Source: Halobacteria archaeon
Lineage (GTDB): Archaea > Halobacteriota > Syntropharchaeia > JACQPP01
Assembly (NCBI GenBank): GCA_038869515.1
Contig: JAWCQZ010000009.1
Span: 856-64,855, forward strand
DNA length: 64,000 nt
Reading direction: 5' to 3'
The translations under genes were made by a program, and so were the position numbers. This document shows, piece after piece, positions 57,407-64,000 of this stretch (positions within the stretch are counted from its first letter, which is position 1; every line of letters begins with the position of its first letter). A model generated the notes under the pieces. That model ran no database searches, had not been told where the DNA came from, and saw only the letters and a program-made list of their open reading frames with translations.

Positions 57407-58675
57407 TCACCCGGCCGCCGGGGCCTTCCCCGGGTCTCCGGGCTCCCCCTTCCAGAACCGCCGGAGGACCCATGCGAACAGTCCCAGATTGAAGCCGACG
57501 ACGACCGGGATGGTCCAGTCCCGGATGACGGAGGGGCCGCTGTTGAGGACGTGGAGGGCGTAGGCGAGGTTGAAGAGGTGGGAGCCGGTGAGGGCCGCGT
57601 AGAGGAGGCGGCCACGGGGCCACATCAGGGCAAGGAGCGCGAAGACAGGGAACAGATAGCGCTCGTGGATGCGGGTCGCCACCATGAAGAAGGCGAAGAC
57701 AGTGAGGAAGGCGACCTGGAGGAGCAGGAGGTCGCGGTCGGCGGCTTCCGCGTATCGGGTGTGCATTTTCCAGACCAGGAGGCCCGCGATGGCGAGGAAT
57801 GCGAGCCACCCCCACGCCTGCAGGGGCAGCCCCATCGCGACGGTCTGGTCGCTCTCCCGCATCCCCGCCAGAGCCCAGAGGTTGTAGGCGTTGAGGCTCG
57901 TCTCCTTGTAGACGTCGTAGCCGCTGAAGTAGCGCTCCGCGATGAAGGCGACAGGGTTCGAGGCGCCCTGGAAGGGGGCGATGACCGCCAGCACCGCGGC
58001 CGCGGCCGCGAGGCCCGAGGTGACCGCCCGCCGGAGGCCCCCCTCCCTCAGCAGGAGGTAGGCGATGACCGGCATCACGAGGACCCCCTGGGGCTTGGTG
58101 AGGACCGCGAGGGCGAGGAGGACGCCGGAGGCCTCGAACCATCCGGGTCGCCAGCGGGCCGCGGTGCCTGGGCGACCGCGCAGGACCGCCACCAGGGCCC
58201 CCGCCATGAAGAGGGTGTAGAGAGAGTCCCACTGCCCCCACACGGCGAGGTTGAACATCGTGGCGGGGTTGAAGGCGTAGGCCGCCGCGCCCGCCAGCGC
58301 AATCCGGGAACCCTTCGGCCGCAGCCAGAGAAAGAGGAGGGCGGCGACCCCGAGGTCCACGAGGTTCTGGGGCAACTTCAGGAAGAGGGCCTCGGTGAAG
58401 TCGAAGGGGGCGGCCACCGACCCGAGGAGGCCCGCCGCGCCCTCGGCCCTCCCGATGAGGGCGAACATGTGGATGTTGAGCGGCGGGTAGTCGCTCCAGA
58501 CCGCGCCGTAGAAGCCCGAGAGATTGGTGGCGGCCTCGGCGTGCCAGGCGGCGAAGGTGTCGAGGTCGGTGGCGTAGCCGGGGAGCGGGAAGAGGGCGGC
58601 GCGGAGGGCGAGGGAGGCGGAGAGGAGGACGATGAGGAGAAGCCGCTCCCGGCGGGCGGAGGGTGAAGCGCTCAT
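57407..58675 (-). CDS. GT-C fold membrane glycosyltransferase
   Basis: DYPP, K.P, FNP....WGQ.DS, KPQ, NAYNLW, HERY. Confidence 0.85.
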   Translation of the reverse strand: MSASPSARRERLLLIVLLSASLALRAALFPLPGYATDLDTFAAWHAEAATNLSGFYGAVWSDYPPLNIHMFALIGRAEGAAGLLGSVAAPFDFTEALFLKLPQNLVDLGVAALLFLWLRPKGSRIALAGAAAYAFNPATMFNLAVWGQWDSLYTLFMAGALVAVLRGRPGTAARWRPGWFEASGVLLALAVLTKPQGVLVMPVIAYLLLREGGLRRAVTSGLAAAAAVLAVIAPFQGASNPVAFIAERYFSGYDVYKETSLNAYNLWALAGMRESDQTVAMGLPLQAWGWLAFLAIAGLLVWKMHTRYAEAADRDLLLLQVAFLTVFAFFMVATRIHERYLFPVFALLALMWPRGRLLYAALTGSHLFNLAYALHVLNSGPSVIRDWTIPVVVGFNLGLFAWVLRRFWKGEPGDPGKAPAAG

Positions 58676-59325
58676 CGCTCGACGATCACTTTCCCGGTGA
58701 GGCCGAGGAGGGCGTTCCAGTCCTCGAGGCCGATGCCGTCCTTCGCGGCCTCGTAGAGCGTCCGGAACTCGGCGGGCAGCGCGTAGACCCGGGGGAACCC
58801 GCCCTCCCCCTTCGAGAGGGTGACGACGCCGCCCCGCTGCTCGACGGCGTAGGTGGCGACGGGCTCCCCCGCCTCCCACAGGACGAGGGTGGCCCGGACC
58901 GGGAAACGCTCCACGGGGAGGCCGGCGCCGACCGGCACACGGAGCGCGAGGACCTGCGGCTCCAGTTCGTCCCGCATCTGGAGGGCGCGGACCCGCCGCT
59001 CCGCGAAGAGTGTGTCGATCCAGCCCCGCAACTCCCGCGCGGGCCCGTCGTAGCCCTTCGACTCCCCCTCCTGCAGCGCGTCGCGGGCCCGTCCCAGGAC
59101 GAAACTCGACGTCGAGTTGTCGAGGAGGGGCCGGACCCCGTCGAGCGCCCGGCTGAAGCGGGCGGCGTCGGGAGCGGTCCTCAACCGCTCGATGCGGCAG
59201 TTGGCCGTCGCCTCCGGCCCGAAGGCGCCCGAGTCGCAGGCGAGCCAGGGGAGGAGGAGCAGGGCCGCTGCGGCGACCGAGACGCCGCCGACGGCCACGA
59301 GAAGGAGCCAGCGGGAGGGCGCCAT
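58672..59325 (-). CDS. Hypothetical membrane-anchored protein
   Basis: N-terminal hydrophobic anchor; ATGA coupling to the downstream GT. Confidence 0.55.
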   Translation of the reverse strand: MAPSRWLLLVAVGGVSVAAAALLLLPWLACDSGAFGPEATANCRIERLRTAPDAARFSRALDGVRPLLDNSTSSFVLGRARDALQEGESKGYDGPARELRGWIDTLFAERRVRALQMRDELEPQVLALRVPVGAGLPVERFPVRATLVLWEAGEPVATYAVEQRGGVVTLSKGEGGFPRVYALPAEFRTLYEAAKDGIGLEDWNALLGLTGKVIVER

Positions 59326-59396
59326 GGGACGCCGCTTTGAACCCGGCAGGACATAAGACCGGTGGTTTATTTCCTCGCCCGGGAGAACACCGCCGG

Positions 59397-60032
59397 ATGG
59401 AGCCGAAGGCGAAGCCGCCCGGCGGGGAGGGGGGCTCCCCGGGCCCCGAGGGCTACCTGCCGACGCTGGAGAAGCGCCTCCTGGAGGACCCCGGGGACGC
59501 CCAGGCGTGGTACCACATGGGCTTCGCTCTCCTCGGGCAGCAGCGCTACGGCGACGCCCTGCGCGCCCTCGACAAGGCGGTCGCCCTCGACCCGAAGGAT
59601 GCGTCGGCCCACCACAACCGGGCCGTCGCGCTCTGGCGCCTCGGCCGGCTGGAGGAGGCGGCGGCGGGATTCCAGCGGGTCCTGGAGATGGAGCCCAAGG
59701 ACAACGTGGCGATGGCGCTCCGGGCACAGGTCCTGGTGGAAATGAAGCGGCCCCGGGAGGCCCTCGCGCTCTTCCAGAGGGCCGCGGCCCTGAGCCCCAC
59801 CTACTACGACGCCCACATCGGCGAGGCGGAGGTCCTTCTCGAACTGGGGAGGCCGGAGGAGGCCCTCGAAGCCGCCCGGCGGGCGACCGAGCGGTATCCG
59901 CGCCGGGCCCGGGGCTGGCTCCTCCGCGGCCGGGCGCTGAGGGGGATCGGCCGCCAGAGGGAGGCGGAGGAGTGCATGCGGAGGGCGATGGACTCCGGGG
60001 ACCCGTCGGGGGAGGAGGCGCCTACCCGCTGA
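59397..60032 (+). CDS. TPR-repeat protein
   Basis: Repeated AW..G..L....Y..A....A..L.P pattern. Confidence 0.85.
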   Translation: MEPKAKPPGGEGGSPGPEGYLPTLEKRLLEDPGDAQAWYHMGFALLGQQRYGDALRALDKAVALDPKDASAHHNRAVALWRLGRLEEAAAGFQRVLEMEPKDNVAMALRAQVLVEMKRPREALALFQRAAALSPTYYDAHIGEAEVLLELGRPEEALEAARRATERYPRRARGWLLRGRALRGIGRQREAEECMRRAMDSGDPSGEEAPTR

Positions 60033-60639
60033 TGGGCCAGATGCGGGGCGCGTAGCCGGCGCAGGGAGCCTCGTTGAGGGGCCCGAACTGGAGGCACCAG
60101 GTGTAGGTCGAGGGGGACTCGATGGTGCCCGCCGGCTCGAAGTAGCCCAGGCGCGGGTCCTCCCGGCCGTTCACGAAGAGGCGGAAGCCGTGAGTCTCGT
60201 TGGCCTCGAGCCGCAGCCCCTCGGCGGGCCAGAGGAACCGCTTGCCGTCGAAGAGGATGCCGAGGGACTCGAAGAAGTATCCGACGGTGACCCCCGTGGC
60301 GTGCTTGTGCAGTTCCGTGTTTCCCGCCTCCATGTGGACGTTGGGCGAGCGGACCTGGTACTTGAACTTCCCGAAGTGGGCCTGGGTCACGTCCCGACCG
60401 TCGAGGAGGAAGGACCACACCGAGTGGGTGTGCTCGGAGTTGGGGGCCCCCACGAGGCTGGCGTAGGTGCGGCCGCTCGTGTTGGTCCCGCCGCCGTCCG
60501 CGACCGGTCCCGGGCGGTTCTGGATGACCAGGGCGCCGGCGAGGATGAGGACCGCGACCAGCAGGACCGGGACCCAGGGGAGGGACTTCCGGTCCCCCTC
60601 CGGCTCCCGCTTGCCCTTCGTCTTGCCGCCTTTGGCCAT
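60022..60639 (-). CDS. Membrane-anchored hypothetical protein with His-rich motifs
   Basis: N-terminal TM; H.H, VHME, HKH, T.G.FF. Confidence 0.7.
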   Translation of the reverse strand: MAKGGKTKGKREPEGDRKSLPWVPVLLVAVLILAGALVIQNRPGPVADGGGTNTSGRTYASLVGAPNSEHTHSVWSFLLDGRDVTQAHFGKFKYQVRSPNVHMEAGNTELHKHATGVTVGYFFESLGILFDGKRFLWPAEGLRLEANETHGFRLFVNGREDPRLGYFEPAGTIESPSTYTWCLQFGPLNEAPCAGYAPRIWPISG

Positions 60640-60690
60640 CCCGCTTCCCAGGACACTGGCCCTGTAAAAACCTTCAGCACGCGTTCGCGG

Positions 60691-61407
60691 TCAAAGGCCG
60701 AGGACTTCCCCCATGGCGTGGATGCCGGGCCTGGCCCCCACGACCCACCGGGCCGCCCGGAGCGCCCCCTCGGCGAATGCGGCCCGGGAGTGCGCGCGGT
60801 GGGTCAGCTCCAGGCGCTCCCCGGGGCCCGCCAGGACGAGGGTGTGGTCGCCCACCACGTCGCCCGCCCGGAGGGAGTGGGTCGGGGCCCTCCGGCCGCG
60901 GTCGGCGGCGATGCGCACCATCTCCCGTGCCGTGCCGCTGGGGGCATCCTTCTTCGATTTGTGGTGGACCTCGGTGATTTCGACATCGTAGCCCGGGAGG
61001 AGGTCGAGGGCGAGTTCCTCCAGCTTCCAGAAGGCGTTGACCCCCGCGGAGAAGTTGCTCGATACCACCGCTGGAACCCGGCGGCCGACGGTGCGCCTCA
61101 GGGCGGCGGCCTGGGCAGGGGTGAAACCGGTGGTCCCGACGACCAGGGCGGTGCCGGTCCGCGCCGCCATCCGCGCGCTGGCGAGGGCGCCCGCTGGGGC
61201 GGTGAAGTCAATGAGTACCCGCGCCCGGCTCCGCCGGAGGGCCGCCTCCGAGGGGGCCTCGACCCGGACCGGGCCCGACGCGAGGCCGTGGCCCACGACG
61301 TCGAAGGCGGCGCAGAGGGCCATGTCGCGACGCGCCGCGAGGGCCTCGACGAGGGCGCCCCCCATCCGGCCGCGCGCTCCGGCGACCGCCACCGGCAGAA
61401 CGGTCAT
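60691..61407 (-). CDS. dapB: 4-hydroxy-tetrahydrodipicolinate reductase
   Basis: GA.GRMG, IDFT, VGTTG, NFS.GVN, E.HH..KKDAPSGTA. Confidence 0.95.
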   Translation of the reverse strand: MTVLPVAVAGARGRMGGALVEALAARRDMALCAAFDVVGHGLASGPVRVEAPSEAALRRSRARVLIDFTAPAGALASARMAARTGTALVVGTTGFTPAQAAALRRTVGRRVPAVVSSNFSAGVNAFWKLEELALDLLPGYDVEITEVHHKSKKDAPSGTAREMVRIAADRGRRAPTHSLRAGDVVGDHTLVLAGPGERLELTHRAHSRAAFAEGALRAARWVVGARPGIHAMGEVLGL

Positions 61408-62294
61408 CGGCGCTTCAGGAGGCCCATCCTGCGGAGCACCTCCTTCAGGCGGGCCTCGTTCTCCGGCCCCAGGGGTGCCAGGGGGAGGCGGGGCTTGCCG
61501 CCCGCCAGCCCCGCGAGTTCGGCGGCCCGCTTCACCGGGACCGGATTCGTTTCCAGGAAGAGGGCCTCGACGAGGGGGGCCACCCCGTAGTGGAGCTTCC
61601 GCGCCCGGGCGAGGTCGCTCCGGAGAGCCGCCGCCACCAGGCCGGCCATTTCGCGGGGGACGAGGTTCGCGGCCACCGAGATGACTCCGTGGCCCCCGAG
61701 GGCGAGGATGGGCAGGGTCAGGGCGTCGTCGCCGGCGAGGACGAGGAAGTCGGGCCCCGCCAATTCGATGAGTTTCGACACCTGGGTGAGGCTCCCCGAG
61801 GCCTCCTTGACCCCGGCGATGAGGCCCGCCTCCGCGAGCTCCGCGATCAGGGGCGGCTCGATGTTCTGGGCGGTCCTCCCCGGGATGTTGTAGAGCAGGA
61901 GGGGGATGTCGGCGGCGCGGTGGACCGCCTCGAAGTGGGCGACGAGGCCCCGCCGGTTGGGCTTGTTGTAGTAAGGGGTGATGAGGAGGGCCGCGGCGGC
62001 CCCGGCGTCGGCGGCGTGGCGGGTGAGCTCCACCGCTTCCTCCGTGGAGTTGGAGCCCGTGCCGGCGACCACCGGGGCCTTCGAGAACTCCACGGCAAGT
62101 TCCACGACCCGGTTGTGCTCGTCGTGGCTCAGGGTCGCCGACTCGCCGGTGGTCCCGCAGGGGCAGACGGCGGCGGAGCCCCCGCGGACGGCGAACTCGA
62201 TGTTCCGGCGGAACCCCGGCTCGTCGAGGGAGCCGTCCTTCCGGAAGGGGGTGAGGAGGGCGGGGATGGAGCCGCGCAGGCGCTTGAGCGACAT
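61404..62294 (-). CDS. dapA: 4-hydroxy-tetrahydrodipicolinate synthase
   Basis: GTTGES, GTGSNST, PYYNKP, YNIPGRT, KEASG, ETNP.PVK. Confidence 0.95.
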   Translation of the reverse strand: MSLKRLRGSIPALLTPFRKDGSLDEPGFRRNIEFAVRGGSAAVCPCGTTGESATLSHDEHNRVVELAVEFSKAPVVAGTGSNSTEEAVELTRHAADAGAAAALLITPYYNKPNRRGLVAHFEAVHRAADIPLLLYNIPGRTAQNIEPPLIAELAEAGLIAGVKEASGSLTQVSKLIELAGPDFLVLAGDDALTLPILALGGHGVISVAANLVPREMAGLVAAALRSDLARARKLHYGVAPLVEALFLETNPVPVKRAAELAGLAGGKPRLPLAPLGPENEARLKEVLRRMGLLKRR

Positions 62295-62328
62295 GGGTCT
62301 GAAAGGGGCCAGGGAATCTTAAACCCGC

Positions 62329-62535
62329 TCAAATCGCGGCCGACTTCCGGGCCGCCTGCTTCCTGAGGACGGTCACGTAGCCCGCCACCCGGTTCCGCAC
62401 GTTCTTGCTGGTGATGGTGGTCAGGGCCGAGACCTCCTTCTTGTTCGCCTCGAGGTCGTCGGTGAAGCGGTCGGGGAACTCCTTGAGGAGGGCCCGGGAG
62501 AGGGACTTGATGGCGACCGATTTCACTGCGCCCAT
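62329..62535 (-). CDS. rps17e: 30S ribosomal protein S17e
   Basis: MG.VK...IK, F..D...NK..V, SK.VRNRVAGYVT. Confidence 0.93.
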   Translation of the reverse strand: MGAVKSVAIKSLSRALLKEFPDRFTDDLEANKKEVSALTTITSKNVRNRVAGYVTVLRKQAARKSAAI

Positions 62536-62562
62536 GGGGGGCGTAGTGCCGGGTCCCGTTAT

Positions 62563-63387
62563 TTAGTTTCGCTCCTTTTCCGGGGGAGGGGGGCTGGCCC
62601 GCGGACGGTGGACCCGCCCCGGAGGGGGGCCGGGAGCATCGTCAGATGCGACGGGGGAGGTCTTCGACCCCATCCCCCCCGGCGACAGTGGCCCGTAGGC
62701 GGCATCCAACTGCTCCTCGAGGGTCTGGCGGGCGAACTCGACTCCGGTCCCCAGGAGTTTGAGGACGGTCTCCCGGAGCATCGAGGGGATGGGCGCGAGC
62801 CCTGGCTCCTTCCGGACCAGATCAATCAATTTCTCCCCCAACTCCAGCTGCCTCTCCAGCACCTCCTCGGCCTCCCTCCGGCTCGGGAAGGCGGTCCGGG
62901 TGAGCTCCTCGTAGCTCTCTCCCCTCCCCTCCCGGGCGAGGCGGACGAGGGGCTCGATGCGCCCGCGGAAAATCTCCCTCTCCAGCGCCACCACCTCCTT
63001 CCACCGGGGGTGCTTCCGGTTGCCCCGGGCGTAGAGCTCCTCGGTCTTCAGGAAGCGGTCGAAGTTCTCCTTGACCAGGGAGTCGAGGTTCCCGCCGTCG
63101 AACCTCTCGGCGCACTCCAGGTAGATCTCCAGTTGCTCCCGGGCGCGCTTGGCGACCGCCTCCTTGGCGGCGACCCGGTAGAGGAGGCTCGCCAGGGGGT
63201 TGAGGAGGACCCCGAGGGCCCCGGGGAAGAGGCGGGAGATCTGGTTCTCGAAGAAGGCGAAGGCGAGGCCTATCTCGTGCTCCAGGCGGTCCCGGATGAT
63301 GTCCATGTTCCGCTCGAACGGAGTCGCCCCGGGGCGGGGGGGCCGCGGTCGGGAGCGGCGCGCGCGGCGGGAGGGGCTCCGGACCAT
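62563..63387 (-). CDS. Hypothetical helical protein (start uncertain)
   Basis: Natural-looking composition from MDIIRDRLE onward; low-complexity tail. Confidence 0.6.
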   Translation of the reverse strand: MVRSPSRRARRSRPRPPRPGATPFERNMDIIRDRLEHEIGLAFAFFENQISRLFPGALGVLLNPLASLLYRVAAKEAVAKRAREQLEIYLECAERFDGGNLDSLVKENFDRFLKTEELYARGNRKHPRWKEVVALEREIFRGRIEPLVRLAREGRGESYEELTRTAFPSRREAEEVLERQLELGEKLIDLVRKEPGLAPIPSMLRETVLKLLGTGVEFARQTLEEQLDAAYGPLSPGGMGSKTSPVASDDAPGPPPGRVHRPRASPPPPEKERN

Positions 63388-63430
63388 TCGCGACAGGGAG
63401 AAAAGGGTATAGAGATACTTTCCCCACCCC

Positions 63431-63958
63431 ATGCGCGCCACCCTCGACGCCGAGCGGCTTGAGATTCCCGCCCCCGCCCCGGTGGCAGAGGCGGTGGCGT
63501 CGCGGCTCCGGGAGCAGGGGTGGAGGGTGGTCGAGACCGCCTCCGGGGAGTTCCCGGCCGCCTTCCGGGAGGCCACGGGCCGGGAGCCCCCCGACGTGCC
63601 GGGCCGGCCGCCGCTGTTCGCGATCCTCGGCAATCGGGCCCTCTTCGCCGCTCCCCTCTGGGAGGGGGAGGGGCTCCGCCTCGACACCCTGCGCTTCGCG
63701 GCCGACCACCCCGAGTTGCCGGTGAAGGCCTTCTTCGTCGCCCTGGGGAGCGGGGCCCTGCGGGCGGAGATGGAGGCGAACCCCGGCGCCCTGCAGGTTC
63801 TGCAGCGCATCCGGGAGGCGGGGGGGCTGATGGCGGTGCCCAGGGACGCGGCGGGCGCGAAGTGGGTCGAGTTCCTCCAGGCCCGGGGACTTGTCTTCCA
63901 GAAGGGGGGCCACGCCTACCTGACCGCAGAAGGGAACGCGCTTGTCCGGAAAAAATAG
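63431..63958 (+). CDS. Hypothetical protein with possible C-terminal wHTH
   Basis: Ends FLQARGLV....YLT.EG; divergent TATA-like region upstream. Confidence 0.6.
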   Translation: MRATLDAERLEIPAPAPVAEAVASRLREQGWRVVETASGEFPAAFREATGREPPDVPGRPPLFAILGNRALFAAPLWEGEGLRLDTLRFAADHPELPVKAFFVALGSGALRAEMEANPGALQVLQRIREAGGLMAVPRDAAGAKWVEFLQARGLVFQKGGHAYLTAEGNALVRKK

Positions 63959-64000
63959 CCCACGCGCTCGCCCGTTCAGCGGGCTCGCGCGGGGCGCAAA

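Overview
Very GC-rich chromosomal window from an archaeon, most likely a euryarchaeote. The lineage call is an inference from an archaeal-type RNase P RNA, rps17e, cgi121, a PGF-CTERM protein, KaiC/DUF835 proteins, ADH synthase and a presenilin homolog. The backbone is housekeeping and metabolic: acyl-CoA ligase, pyrC, leuBCD-like genes, dapAB, mutY, a DEAD-box helicase, glycosyltransferases and tRNA-Arg(GCG). Three visibly lower-GC inserts interrupt it: a split lipoprotein (19.8-20.9 kb), a solitary Mrr-type nuclease (32.1-33.1 kb) and a DUF1998 helicase + PLD nuclease pair (41.3-44.8 kb). The best candidates for undescribed biology are five. (1) The 41-49.7 kb accessory island, where the helicase-PLD pair abuts a CARF-like/wHTH regulator (with an in-frame TGA) that is divergent from a compact operon encoding a small membrane protein, a wHTH protein, a mini-HNH, an AAA+ ATPase, a membrane protein and a PrsW-type protease. 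(2) A family of structured palindromic repeats found intergenically and also in frame inside genes (mutY, an ABC ATPase). (3) An RNase P RNA with unusual architecture, followed by an unexplained ~330-nt highly structured region. (4) A beta-propeller/PEGA/TM/tandem-DUF835 receptor facing two KaiC-like ATPases. (5) A ThyX with substituted active-site residues. Several genes show internal deletions. All family assignments come from motif recognition by eye; no searches or folding computations were run.
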